A stretch of DNA of 64,000 nt from Octopus vulgaris (taxonomy: Eukaryota), in the NCBI GenBank assembly GCA_951406725.2, contig OX597828.1:59706001-59770000 (forward strand), written 5' to 3'. Under the pieces are notes generated by a model. The model ran no database searches, was not told the origin of the DNA, and was given only the letters and a program-made list of their open reading frames with translations. Below, piece after piece: positions 12,141 to 26,120 of the stretch; positions within the stretch are counted from its first letter, which is position 1, and each line of letters starts with the position of its first letter. The translations under genes were made by a program, and so were the position numbers.

Positions 12141-14839
12141 ATTATGCTAAATATATTTAAATGGAAGAACAAATGGAGGAAAAAAGAAAACTTGGAGAAA
12201 ATGAGATAATAGTAAAAATAGAAAAAGGATAAAATACAAGAAATGGAAAATTGGAAAATAGAAAAATGTAATAAAACATATCAAATTGAAGGATCAAAGA
12301 TAATAAATTTGCATGTGAAATTTTGAACGGAGAGAAAGCAAGAAATACAAATAAAATATAATAAAATATAAATCAAGAAAATGAAGCAGAAGCATATTGA
12401 GGAATTAAAGCATGTGCCTTCGTCGGTTTTTTGATAATAGCACACAAGTATTACTACAGTGTTTCACTGATATCGGATATCGTATAATAGCATGTGTAAA
12501 TCTGTTTCGTGATAATTTTCTTCTACTAATTAAAGAATTGTATAAAATCTGTAGGGTTGCATAAAGAAATAAGCAATTTTAATGATTTCCAAGAATACCA
12601 GAGAATTTCAAGTATATTTTAATTGTATTTGCATTAAAATTATTACGTAAGTACGAAGAATTTCTTAAACTACTTTTATTCTGATGGCGTCATTTCAGAA
12701 CCAAATAACCAAGCTGTCATGCTAAGGAAGGTGTCGCTGATTGATAGATCAAACGAATCCGGTTGCATAGAGTATAGTTTGAAGTATTCTCCTGCTAAAC
12801 ATCGAATTTTAAAGTTGCGTAATCCCTCGTAATTTAGTTACCATAAGGATTACGGGAGGAAAATATCGTTTCTTCTCACAGGATTCCTAAAAGAATGTTT
12901 TGTGAATACGGGTACTTGAAGTCCCGTTCATTTAAACTTAAGTAGGTTTGTTCACTTTGATCTGTTCGTTTTAAATGCGCACATTACAGGAATCCTTTAC
13001 AGAATCATTACAGAATCTAAATAATAGAGCAATTGCAGTCCTTGTTAGGCATAAGAATTACTGTAGTGGTTTCGGTGATATCAGACATTAAACTCTTTAT
13101 TTTGCTAATGCAGCTGCAGCTATCAAACAGGTTTGTTAAATGTATTTCGACACCTGTGACCAATAGGCGAATGCCTCTTTAACAGATTTAAAAATATGTC
13201 GACGTTCATAGCAATAGCTAGGCTGGAGGAAGGATGAAACGCATAATATTGCAACATCAATGATTTCCGTCGGATTTCTGTCGACGAAATTCTACCACAA
13301 GGTACTTCCCCAAGATATCGCACTTTGGAAATGAACCTGAAACTACACGGCTGCAAAGTAAGTTATTTAACGACACAGCCATACCTGCGCCTATATTCGT
13401 AGATTTTTTTCTTACTTAGTGAGACCTCAGTTACCACATTAAGTAAAACACGAAATTTGGTGGTGTTCTATTTCCCTTTTTTCATTTAAAGAACTATTTG
13501 AAAATAACTGTGAGCAAAAATGATTCTTTTAAAAAGAGACGATTAAAAATTGTTGATAACAAAATCAATATACAAGAAAGTAAGTAATGTTCTATAAAAA
13601 CAAACCATTGCTTATTATACAGGTCTGACCTGATAATACTGACAACGAGTATGCATCCTAAGAAGGAAGCGTCGAAAAGAATGATTGAATCACAAGGAAA
13701 AGTTATTATTAATGTTTGTTACAATCTTTTGAAGTAAGAACAAATCCTGTAGCGCTGTTGCTCTTCGTGTCGATACAAAATGTATCATAAAGAGCAACAG
13801 CGCGAAACATTTTGTTGGGTCCCTTTCAAATTGCGCTGAATTTGTCCAGTGAAGGTTAAACATCTTTCTACTTTTTCGCATTTTGTTGTATACAGAGCAA
13901 TCAGCCGAAGAGCACATCTCGTGCATTAACGAAAAATGTCAACAGGTATTCCATAGTTTCGAACTCTGTTCCCTACTGACTCATAGTAACTGGGGGGAAA
14001 AAACATAGAAAATCGATTATAACCGCTGAAAAAAAATTCTCAAAATAAATTAGGGTAGATTTCCCAAATTCCGAACTTAGTTATAAAGCGAATGTGTAAA
14101 TCGCGTGTTGGGGACAACAATACGGGAAAGCTTCTACATGATTAACACATCGCCGAGTTACATGTTTTACATAATATTTAATTTTTGCAATTTGGTGTGG
14201 ATGAACAGATCCAGTAGGAAACGCGAAGCAGCAGTGACAAAATTCGTTGATACTAAGTCAGTCCTGTATTGTTAAATATATTGAAAGTTATGTCTGTAAT
14301 CCCTAAAATGTATATGACAACATGCTTTGTCACGTTCCAGTAAGCAACATACCTTTGATGAATAAATGTTCATAATACAATCTCGCATACAATTTGTTCA
14401 CTTTGAACGTGTGTTTGAAAAGTTTTTAAGTGTTATTTATTCACTACTGGAGAATGTTAAGTTGGACTGGCAGAATCTTAGAACGACGGACAAAATGATT
14501 CGCGCTATTTCTTCAGACTTTTCATGTAATTGGATCAAATCGTCCCAAAGCCAATTTTTCCATCTATCCTTCAGGATTTAATAAAATAATAATTCGAAAA
14601 AAATATAGGGTTCAATATCACTGTTGTGTGGACGCCCTCAGACGATAAAGTGGACTAGCCCAATACGTAGATGTGGAGGGGGAAGTCTAGACGCCGTGAG
14701 TAGAGTGGAGAGAGTTCAGTTGAGTGACATAACAATCACCTAACATCCTTCCTCCATAATTGCCGAACTTCTTGCTAAACCATTATTTTTACCTAATATC
14801 TGAAAATGTGAGTAATAAGTATATTAATGACTGTATTTG

Positions 14840-14870
<31 letters not shown>

Positions 14871-15780
14871 CACATTATTGGTTCAAATACAGTTCCAATG
14901 AGTACAAATATCAATATGTGTGTTTCTGCTGTTTGTACGCGTATTTTTACGCTTTTGTCTCCTAATTTGTATGAATTAGTGCTTGTCAAGAATTTGAAGA
15001 TGCAATATAAACGTATCAAAAATACAAATTAATGAACAAATTAGTTATTGTGTATACTTTGATGTCTTTTTTTCCTAGAAATTTTAATTCTAGAAAACTA
15101 ACATGTGCCTTCATCTAACTAAACGAAATATAATAAACGGAATTTCGAAATTAAAAAAATGTCTATCATTAAACAAAAGTCTCTTTTAGAAGTATATTTA
15201 ATCATAGAAAATGTAAATTTATTCACATAATCCAGATTGTATTTCCACAGAATACAATTTCAATCAAAATAAATCCTCACTCAAATTTATAACTTAAATA
15301 CAATTACATTTGTTATTAACTTCAAATCATGGCGTCGATCATAGTTTGAAGGAGAACTTCAGTGTTTAAATATTTCCATACAACTATATTAATTCCAAGT
15401 AATTGTTTCTCGATATTTTAAATTTTCCCTGGTTCCACTGCACAATTTCTTCATGAAATAAGGATAGTTATCAAGTTATTAAATTGAAATATTAAATATT
15501 AACATTAACTTTGTTGCACAGCATCTAATAATTGTAATTTATTCTGAAGACAAGGCAATACATCACATAAAATATTGTTTGCATTGGTAAAAGCCAGCAG
15601 TCACCGCGGACAAAAGCATTAACGATTAGAGCATTTGAACAGTTAATTCACGTATTTTTCTCTTCCATACATATTTCGGAATATTTTCATCTTATTATTA
15701 CACAAACGAAACAAGTATTCATTGCATTTCATATTCATCACTATTTGACGGAAGGATGAACGGTTATGGGAATCTAAATA

Positions 15781-16145
15781 ATTAATAATTTTCCAAGTAG
15801 TTCGGTATGTTACAATAACCTTTATCGGTAACCTTATACAAAAAATTTATAATTATAAGCATAATTACAATTAGGGTTCAGCAAATTGCTTCACCACATA
15901 CCTTCTCTTTGCCTCCGTGAATTAAGAGTATTGCTGTTTGGGAGATATCTTATGGTAGAGGAGTAGTTTTTAACTGCTATTTCTAAATTTCAGTATGTGG
16001 TGAAGCAATTTGCTGAACCTTAATTATAATTATGCTTATAATTATAAAATTTTTGTATAAGGTTACCGATAAAGTTTATTGTAACATACCGAACTACTTG
16101 GTAAAATCATTAATTATTAATTAATTAATTAATTTTACCCTTTAT
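15781..16145. repeat. Foldback element with ~120-bp inverted arms and a ~90-bp spacer
   Basis: 15781-15901 is the near-perfect reverse complement of 15993-16114 (ccaagtagttcggtatgttacaata.. / ..tattgtaacataccgaactacttgg). Confidence 0.9.
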
Positions 16146-16164
16146 TACATATCATTTTTTTTTC

Positions 16165-16549
16165 TTTTTACTTGTTTCAGTCATTTGACTGCGGCCATAC
16201 TGGAGCACCGCCTTTAGTCGAGCAAATCGACCCCAGGACTTATTCTTTGTAAGCCTAGTACTTATTCTATCGGTTCTGTTTTGCCGAACCGCTAAGTTAC
16301 GGGGACGTAGACACACCATCATCGGTTGTCAAGCGATGTTGGGAGGACAAACAGACACACAAACACACATATATACATATACATATATACGACGGGCTTC
16401 TTTCAATTTCCGTCTACCAAATCCACTCACAAGGCTTTGGTCGGCCCGAGGCTATAGCAGAAGACACTTGCCCAAGGTGCCACGCAGTGGGACTGAACCT
16501 GGAACTATGTGGTTGGTAAGCAAGCTACTTACCACACAGCCACTCCTGC

Positions 16550-16552
<3 letters not shown>
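16165..16552 (-). mobile_element. SINE family A, full length
   Basis: Colinear with 8960-9396. Confidence 0.93.
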
Positions 16553-16598
<46 letters not shown>

Positions 16599-16603
16599 AT
16601 ACA

Positions 16604-16653
<50 letters not shown>

Positions 16654-17484
16654 CACACACCCATATCTATATGTATATGTGTATGTATGTATCTATGTAT
16701 GTATGTGTGGGGGTGAGTGTGTGTTTTTGTGTGTGCGTAAAATCAAATCTTATTTCTGAACTTCATCTCTTCAAAGAGGGAAAGGATATACCCTGAGAAA
16801 TATCTTGTGATGATTCAAACAATTAACACATAATATTTCTTATCTTATATTCTTTCCCTCTCTGCAGAGATTAAGCTCAGAGATATGATTTTAATATTTT
16901 TTAATTCTACTGTGCATAATTGAAACAGCTCTAAGTTACAATGATCGAGTTTGCTGATAATAAACTGTTATTAACATTGATATATCCATTTTCTTATTCT
17001 TCATTTACATGAATATAAATCATGGTTTATATATAAACCTGTTATTTTAAGGATATTAGCCTCCTCCAAAAAATATTGGGTATTGTACTAGCATTTCCTT
17101 GGATGATACCATCCCTTTACGAGGCTATTATAACCTCTACTTGAACTATACATATATGTAGAGTAGAATAGTCAGTGGGCTGTTATGTAGACAGATGTAT
17201 GTATGTGTGTGGGTGTGTGGGTGGGTGGGTGTATGTATGTGTATATGCACATGTATGCTAGCATATGGATATGAAAATAAACAGAACATACAGACGGATA
17301 GGTACATAGGTTATATGAACAGACAAGTACACATACGCAAATGGAGACTGAAACATATGACCATATATACACACAAGCTTTACGTCACACGAGGACACAT
17401 ATAGAGATACACATCTATACCTACAAACACGGTACATAGTTGCAAAACACACACACATACACTCAGATGTATGCACAGAAGATT

Positions 17485-18244
17485 CATTGAAACTCAAATT
17501 ATCAGGCTATGAATTTCAGATGAAATATGATCCCCACTTGCTTTCGGAATTTCAACTGGAATGTCATGTAATCCAGGAGCATTACCTGATCTCAGTTTAT
17601 ATAATGTCAGATTTACTTCTTCAATGGAAGACGTATCGTTCATGTGTTACACTATCTCTCTTTGCGGAATGTTGTTTATGATGTCCATGTTCACCACAAA
17701 AGGATTGTGGAAAAGACCTACGAAGTGTTCTCACCACCTATTCATTATTTAAGGCGGATCTTTAATAACCTTATTTCCATCTTTTGACTTCAAGAGAACG
17801 TATTATGAAGACTGGAGTTCAAAAGCTTGCCGCAATAAAATATAAAACTTATTAATGCCTTTCTTGTCATAGACCGCCGAGAATCTTTAAGCCTCCTGAG
17901 TTCTTCTTTCAAGTCTGCTTTCTGAGACTTGTACAACTTTTCTAGTACTTTGTTCTTTACATTTGGGTCAAGAAGCTTTTCTTGAGTGGAACTCTTTGTT
18001 GCTAAAAGCTCATTCCATATCAATGGAATCAAACCAGTCTCGGCGCTTTCTCCTTTTAAAACCTAACACTTCTGATCCTGTTTTACATATTCTATCCCGA
18101 AAAGATTCTCATGATCCATCAAAATGAACATTGCTGCCTCTTTCCTGAAATAACTGCAAAACTTGTGATTGTTTTAGCTGCTCTACATCGATTCTCCTTG
18201 GTACTCGTACAGCTGCACAACAAATCTTCTTGTGCTCCCTGAAC

Positions 18245-18245
<1 letters not shown>
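17485..18245 (-). mobile_element. RTE-clade LINE ORF2 fragment (EN-RT linker), decayed
   Basis: KSKDGNKVIKDPP*IMNRW*EHFVGLFHNP..SIEEVNLTLYKLRSGNAPGLHDIPVEI matches the RW.EHF..KAPG.D.IP.E motif. Confidence 0.85.
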
Positions 18246-18297
<52 letters not shown>

Positions 18298-18362
18298 GAA
18301 TGTGATAACAAAGCCAAGAAGCCAAAGCTGTGAGAAATTTCCGGGGCATTTATAAGGAGATA

Positions 18363-18410
18363 GTCTTACAGCTGTTTCTGGGATATTATAGATATCCCTT
18401 CATCAGAGAC
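18363..18410 (-). ncRNA. Minimal type-I hammerhead ribozyme, intact core
   Basis: Reverse complement reads gtct-CTGATGA-a-gggat(atctataat)atccc-a-GAAA-cagctg-TA-agac: stem I gtct/agac, stem III ACAGCTGT, predicted GUA cleavage triplet. Confidence 0.85.
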
Positions 18411-18519
18411 GGCGTGAGAAAGTTAAATAGAGGAACTATTTGAGTCCGAATTATTATGGAAAAGGCGCAGATATTGCGGAAAATAAGACAATAAAAGTAG
18501 AAAAAAGATATGTATTTTT

Positions 18520-18745
18520 TATTTCTTTGTTGCCCACAGGGGGCTAAGCATAGAGGGGACAAACAAGGGCAGACAAAGGGAATAAGTCGATTACATCGAC
18601 CCCAGTGTGTGACTGGTAGTTATTTAATCGACCCCGCAAGGATGAAAAGCGACCTCGGCGGAATTTGAACTCACACCATAACGGCAGACGAAATACTGAT
18701 AAGCATTTCGCCCGGCGTTCTAACGATTCTGCCAGCTCGCCGCCC
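18520..18745 (-). mobile_element. SINE family B
   Basis: Colinear with 3708-3938. Confidence 0.9.
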
Positions 18746-19286
18746 TAGTAGAAATAAGATATATAAAGATATTGTAGTTGCAGATCCATTATTCGAGGAA
18801 AATGGTGTATAGAAGTGGTAAAAAAAAGTTTCCTGCACAAGTCATGTAACTTCCACTAGCAGTTCATGTTTAGTCATTTCAAAGTGGATTCTGTGTTGCT
18901 CGCTCGAAAGGGTTTTGTGGTGTGAATGAAAATTTGAGAGTGTATTGCTAGTATTTGTGGACAGATGGGTGAGGATAGATGGGTATGATTAGAATGATCT
19001 ATCTCATCATAGCACGGAATTTTGTCAGTGTACAGGTCGCGGTCTCAAAGCAACGAAAATATTTTGGCAAATTAAATTTAAATGTTGACGTGAATCTAAC
19101 GGTTTTTATGTTTTTAAATTGCTTATAAACAACTTCCACGGTGCAATTGTTTTTATTTTAGCACAGAACAGGTCACTTGCTATGCAAGTATATCTCCGTA
19201 ATATTATGATATATTATTATAGTTATTATTCTAGAAATGGACTTCCATAGCCACTTTCTGTCTATGACTTACAAAGCCTTCTAGTT

Positions 19287-19489
19287 TCTTTTACTTGCTT
19301 CAGTCATTTGACTGCAGCCATTCTGGAGCACCGCCTTTAGTCTATCAAATAAAACCCAGGACTTATTCTTTGTAAGCCTAGTACTTATTCTATTGGTCTC
19401 TTTTGCTGAACCTCCAAGTTACGGGGATGTAAACAAACCAGCATCGGTTGTTAAGCGATATGGGGGGGGCAAACACAGACACACAAGAT

Positions 19490-19549
<60 letters not shown>

Positions 19550-19708
19550 GACAGGCTTCTTTCAGTTTCCGTCTACCAAATCCACTCGCAAAGCTTTGGT
19601 CGGCCCGAGGATATAGAAGACACTAGCCCAAAGAGCAACGCAGTGGGACTGAACCCGGAATCATTTGGTTGGTAAGCAAGCTACTTACAACATAACCACT
19701 ACTGCGCC
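19287..19708 (-). mobile_element. SINE family A
   Basis: Colinear with 8960-9396. Confidence 0.92.
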
Positions 19709-19863
19709 TTTACATTACTCCTGGACCTCTATGCCAAACTGTAAAAGTGTAAACAACGAATTTTCAAAGGTGGCTTATTAGTAGTTTGAGACAAAAGGCA
19801 AAATTAATACAGATCACAAAATTGACTGAGGCTACTTACTACCACCTCTTTTGCTAAAAATAT

Positions 19864-19900
<37 letters not shown>

Positions 19901-19994
19901 AGAGTTTACCAAAGAAACAAAAGACGAAGACAGGTGGTGTACAAAACAAACAAATGTATTAGTATAACGCTCAGGAATAGAAAAAGTCTTTTCA

Positions 19995-19995
19995 T

Positions 19996-20030
<35 letters not shown>

Positions 20031-20820
20031 GGCAGTTTGTCTGTCTGTGTGTCTGTGTGTCTGTCAGGTTGTACCCTCACCCTGACCACGGCTTTCAACC
20101 GATTCTGATGAAACTTGACACACACGTAGCCCAATGTCATAATTCAAAACTAACGCAGCGAAAATTTTGAAAAGTTCCCCCAGTTCTGAAAAAGAAGCGA
20201 TAAATTCGACATGGGTCGAGAATCTAAACTTTTTATATGCAACACATTTTCTACAGACTGTCTAGGGGTTGCAACTCGACCTTTTTAACTCTCGGAACTC
20301 GTGGGGTAAGTATCCCAAAATGTATAAAAATGTACATAAACGGCAAAAAAGCGGGCAGCAATGTGAGTGACAACAACGAAAAAGTCAAAAGTGACCAAAC
20401 TGAACAAACGAATGGAAAAGGTTTTTTGATGCACACGACAAAAGTGGTTTATAATAAACCAAGAGTTTGCAAGTAGCGTCCGAGGACCCTTAGGGTACGT
20501 CAAAAATTTAAGGTAAAACGTTTGGGGTGGTAGTTACAAAGAAAGTGTAAACAAAAAAAGTATTCGAATAACTTGCGGCTGCAGCAGATATTAGCAGAAG
20601 TGGCGGTGTTGGGGGTAAAGTCTCGAATGTAATTTCTTCCTGGTAGGAATTGGTTGGGTTGAATTATCGATAGCTGTTTGATAGTTATTTGGGAGTGAAG
20701 AGAAGGCATTGCAACCTACACATGCGCCTTCGTTCCCTAGAGGGAAAGGATTAGATTGGGATTAGTCGTTGCCTACTAGGGGCTCTTACATACCCGGGCA
20801 ACGCCGGGCTATGCTGCTAG
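19995..20820 (+). mobile_element. Non-autonomous Helitron, both ends present
   Basis: 5' A|TC-ttatatat..aaacggcagtttgtctgtctg; 3' hairpin cccgggcaacgccggg followed by CTAG|T; inserted between A and T with no TSD. Confidence 0.85.
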
Positions 20821-22145
20821 TATATATATATATATATATATATAAATGTATATATGCATTTAGTAAATTATTGCATATTAGTAAATATAGATGCAAAATG
20901 TGTTTTCCCTATTTAAAAATTTAAAAAGGCAATGAGCTCAGAAAACATGCTTTGCAATATTAGTTCGATCTCTTTAAATTCTGAGTTCAAATCAACAACT
21001 TTTTCATTCATCAGCCAGTCGTCGATAAAACAAAGTAGCAATCCAAATACTGCATTATTATTATTATCGACTAAAACACAACACTAAACATTTCTGGCAC
21101 TCTGTCTATATAAGAAACAATAAACGTTTCTATTTTAAAATTAAAGAAAACATTTCATTTCTGCTTAGATTTATTATGGTCAATAATTTTGTAATGTCAT
21201 AGAGAGTATAAATTCGTGAGTTTGTATGCATACATACATAGATTGATAGAGAGAGGTTGATAGATAAATAGAAAGAGATACTCCTTCAGTTCTTATTTCT
21301 GTAAATGCTATTAACGATCTGACGTATTTTTTTCTATTCTTCTTGAGAATATAAACTGTAAAATGATTGGGAATGTCTTGCAGCCTGTTTCCTTCTCTTC
21401 ACAATTTAACACTCGATAACAAAAACAATGTAATTGAGAAAGCATTCTTTAGAATCGTTATATATCTAGCTTTATGATGAATAATACTTTTTGTTTGTCT
21501 TTTAGATAATTTCTATAGAATATTGGATTCTCTTGTAAGATATTATATATTAACAAGCAGTTTCCATTTTCATTGTCATCTAAATAAATCGGAGTTACAA
21601 ATTACCTTATTTATTATGTGTTAGATATCCAGTGATTATTTGTTCAAGTCAGGATATGGAAATTATTGATTTCTTGCAGCAATCCCACTCATAGAATTTC
21701 TGTAATATGCTCCATAATTAATTGTGTGCGTGGTTATCTTTAGATTCATTCCAAGATTCCTAATATGCTAACTTGCAATAGAGAACATTTCAAAATTCCA
21801 ACTGTCAGACAGGATATATTTTGGTGAATGTATATTTAGTAGTACAATTATTTGAATATAAAATAAAACCAATATCTAATAGTATGTGCTGTTTTTCAAA
21901 CTATGATATTTAATAAATTTAAGATAATATTTTCATTAGAGCATTGTTGAAAATTTTGGTGTGAACACTGCATTAACTGAACGTAATTACTAAAGTCAAT
22001 TGATGGGCAAAATTCGAATTTCAAACGCATAAAATGTTAATTGTTAATTGTCTTATATTCCGGGGAAATTTTCAATGCTGCTAACTCGTATTAGCTGTGA
22101 AGTACTTAGATTTCAAATTTTGCTGATTTGCACAATAATTCACCA

Positions 22146-22570
22146 GGCGCAAACGTGGCTGTTTGGTAAGAAGCTTGCTCCCCAACCACATGGTTCTGTG
22201 TTCAGTCCCATTGCATGGCACCTTGGGCAAGTGTCTTCTACTATAGCTTCGGGCCAACCAAAACCTTGTTAGCGGATTTTATAGACGGAAACTGAAGCCC
22301 GCCGAGTATATAAACCCATTGAATATATATATATAAGTGTGTGTGTGTCTGTGTGTATATGATTTTGAGCTCGTGCTTGCCTCTCAGCACTTGAAAACTG
22401 TGTTAGTGTGTTTACCTCACCGTAACTTTGACGTTCGGTAAAAAAAAATTGGATTAAGTAAGAGAGAGTAAATACCAGATATAAAATATGTCCATTTTAT
22501 TTCTTACATCCTTCAGGGCTATGCTCCAGCATGGCCGTAATCTGATTATTGAAACAAATAAAATGATAAA
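22146..22570 (+). mobile_element. SINE family A, diverged
   Basis: ggcgc..gtggctgtttggtaag..gttcagtccc..ccttgggcaagtgtc..gctccagcatggccg. Confidence 0.88.
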
Positions 22571-24428
22571 ATAATATAGTTAAGTTATTATTCTTTTATA
22601 TAGTTGAAAGTAACAAAATTTATTTACGTCCGAATTACGTTTGTGTTTTGTGCGTGTTTGCAAGTGTGTGCATGTCCTCACGCTGTATAAAACATGTCAA
22701 AATAACTTTATTTTGGACTATAGTGAATCATAGATTAAATTCGAAAACACAGAATATACTTTTCAAACGGCTGAAACACCTCAGTAAACGATGTGTTCCA
22801 TAGCTTTCTGGCAAGTAGTATTCAAATCACTATTATTCGTGATAACTATACGCCAGAAAGCCTACATACAAAACATCATTAACGGTATTGACCAGCATTA
22901 CGAACTAAATTGGTGAAAGAAAAATTTTTTGGAAATTTTTTGACATTAGAGACGAAGAAAATGAAAACCAAAGTTAAGTTGTTGAAGTTTAGCAATGAGA
23001 GTAGTAGAATTATCTTCAGTTCATTTCAGTTCTTCGCAGCACACTTTTGGAAGTTCTTAGCCACGATTCTGAGTTCTAGCTACCGTTAATTAATGGCCAC
23101 AAAGTAATTACAGTCATTTACATAAAATAAATATAGGACCAAAAAATGAAGCAGAAAAATCTCTAATTTGGAATGACTCATTTGACGAGACACTGATATT
23201 GATAGAAAAGATTAGTCGACAACAAATGATTTTGTAATGAAAGCAGAAAACGAAAGAAAAGAAAAGAATTTATTTTTGGTATCGTAGCCATCAATTTTGC
23301 TGATATTGTTGTTGTCATTACGCAGTTTGTTTATGGATTTATTTCGATTAATTTTGCCATCATTGAATCGTTCCCCAATATATATAATAATTAACTATTA
23401 TCATAAATGACAACAATGAATGCGACTGTATTTGTATACTAACACCTAATACTTATGAGTGTGAATGTGTGTGTATTTCTGCCTATCTGCGTGTATTTCT
23501 ATATAAACACGTATATCTACATAGAAATATGCACACACAAACACACACACATACACTTATACACAGGCACAAATATAGGTTGTGTATATTTGCTATATCT
23601 CTGGCTCCACAAGCACACCCACAGATTATCTATGAATGCTTTGTGTAAGCAAAGCTATAGACATATCGTATTTAGAAGCATATCAGAAACAAACATATGT
23701 ATATTATCCTATGTCTGTCAGTTAATGCTTTGTATCTACTTAATGTTCGTCTCATTTGTATTCCCTGAAGCCGCCAATATTAACGCCGCCTCAATTATAA
23801 AGAATATATTATTAGAAAGCCATAATTACTTGCTTTAAATACACAAACACACACAGAAACACACCTACATTTGCATAGAATTATGTCCGTATATATGTCG
23901 GTACATGCGTATGTGTGTACACGTGAGTTTTTGTGAAACTTCACAACACGTCTCTTCAGATTGTCGTCAATTCTAGCATTGAATACATCACATATTAATA
24001 TTGTTTGATTTTTATCTTTGTTCACCCATTTTTCCCTGCTATATTTATCTCTGAGAATTGAGATTTTGCCCCCCTTTTTTTTTTCTTTTATAGTTATTGA
24101 AGAACATGTTATGACTATAGATCTCTTTAGCAATAAACTTTTCTGAAGACAATGCATGTATTTCCTGATCTTTTTTTTTTTCGTCCTTTATGAAGATTTC
24201 ATTCTTGTTTTTTGCCGTATTATTGTGAATGAGTTCCATGTAGCAATACTTACCGCTTTAAATCTATTGTTTGAGTGTCTGCCAGTCATAACTTCTATCT
24301 TTCCCACCTTTTTTTGATCAGTTATAAGTAAACATATAACCGACGAAAAATACACAATACCCGACAAAAAATACACAACAGCAGAGTATTATGTATTTAT
24401 ATGCGTGCGTTCGTGCACACTCACATAG

Positions 24429-24481
<53 letters not shown>

Positions 24482-24639
24482 ACACACACACATTTATATA
24501 TTTGAATAGATAAAAACAGATAAAAGGTAGAAGATAGATTATGAGAAATAGAAAAACGTGGAAATAGTGTAAATAAGAAGATAAAGAAAAACAATGTACA
24601 TATGAACATACACATTCCTATATGCCTACATAAATATAC

Positions 24640-24786
24640 CCTCTCCCCTACTTTCCTTTTCCTGTGTTTCTGACGAAGAGCTCCGCTCGAAACGTTAAGC
24701 CCTCCTTCTTTCCTTCCTTCCTGAGCGTCCAATAATACTATATTTGTTCCACGTCCTCGCGTTGTTGTGTTTTCATGTTTGGATTA

Positions 24787-24792
<6 letters not shown>
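24640..24792 (+). mobile_element. Penelope-type tail element
   Basis: Near-identical to 34875-35062; both end ggattaacttt followed by (AT)n. Confidence 0.8.
24666..24700 (+). ncRNA. 35-nt minimal hammerhead ribozyme, intact core
   Basis: gttt-CTGACGA-a-gagc-tcc-gctc-GAAA-cg-TT-aagc: stem III ACGT with no loop, predicted GUU cleavage triplet. Confidence 0.85.
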
Positions 24793-24838
<46 letters not shown>

Positions 24839-26072
24839 ATTCTCCTTTCCTTTGCCTTTCAATTCCTAGTATTTCAACTCTTTCCATTTCTCATACGCTA
24901 ATACTTTTCCTCCTACACTTCATCTCTATCTCTGTCTATCTCTTTCTTTCCTCACACGTAACCTATTAGTATTAAATTTTATGCTACTTTGTATTCGAAT
25001 TAATACTTCCACCATAGCTACTCTCTTATAAATACATATTATCCCTCCCTACACTCTTTTGTGATTCAAATTCCGAACAGAACTATGCTAAGCTGTCATT
25101 CAAATGTAATCATCTTTTCTTCTTATATAGCAGGGAATACATTGTACAATGTGTCCTCAAGTTTCTCAGATAGGGAGTCGTGTGATATTAGGTAAATATG
25201 AGGGACTATTTCTATAAGTCTATATTCTATAACAATTGTTTTGCGTTTCAGGAGGAGAGTGAAAAATTATCAGATCATCTTATAAGTAATGTTCGCATTT
25301 TAAATGAAGAAAACAAGTGAACAAATCTTGCATATTAATGAAACCTAATTGTTAATATAGTTTCCATGGTTACCCATGACATCTTTCCATCTACTCGTAA
25401 GCTTTTTAAGTTCATTAGTGAAAAACTCTTTGGGTTTAGAAGATAAGAACTCTGATAAGTCAGTTTTGATTTTCTCAGTTAATCCATTTGATTCTCTCAA
25501 CTAGAAGAATGGGGGAAGAGAATTGAGGCCGAAATGTGCATATGTCTGGAGAGAGAATATGAGCTGCTGCTATTTTGGGGGTCCAGTGGTGGGCGATCCA
25601 TGGTGTTAGGCACAGAGACGATGAGAAGTGTTGGGTAGAATAGACTAGAACTGTCTGGTCTGAGTGTCCATGATTTATGTACCATGTAGAATTTTACCTC
25701 ATTCAGGCAACAGTTTCTTCTCTTGATGTTTTACGTACTCGTATAGTCGTTATGTGAATCTTAAATGCAGCGGAAAAAGAGAGAAAATGAAGATACTTGG
25801 AGACAAACCAATGCCAAAAGAACATCTCTTCCTAAAATTTGTTTCTGTATAGTTTTTTCAAACATGAAATCAAATCTCTCAAGTTCTTATTCCTTTATTT
25901 AATTAATACTTTTCATTTATCATTTTCTCGTATTCCTAGCGATGCAAATGCCTATGTCACTACATGTCCATGTGTGTATGTACATATAATTAGGCACTCA
26001 CATACACACACACACACACATATTCATAAATACATCTATCTGCCTATTTATTTATCTATCAATATATATGTC

Positions 26073-26120
<48 letters not shown>

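Noticed and set aside
13896-13945. Candidate micro-exons with AG/GT borders (also acceptor-like sites near 16868, 25251, 39984 and 55397)
   Set aside because: No recognisable protein and no consistent exon chain; such sites are expected by chance in AT-rich DNA
16336-16596. Recurrent peptides such as RLPNPLTRLWSARGYSRRHLPKVP and AIVEDTCPR..GLNPEP
   Set aside because: They are antisense translations of SINE A, not a protein family
25497-25720. Possible Penelope RT remnant (PNTMDRP)
   Set aside because: Similarity is too weak to support by eye
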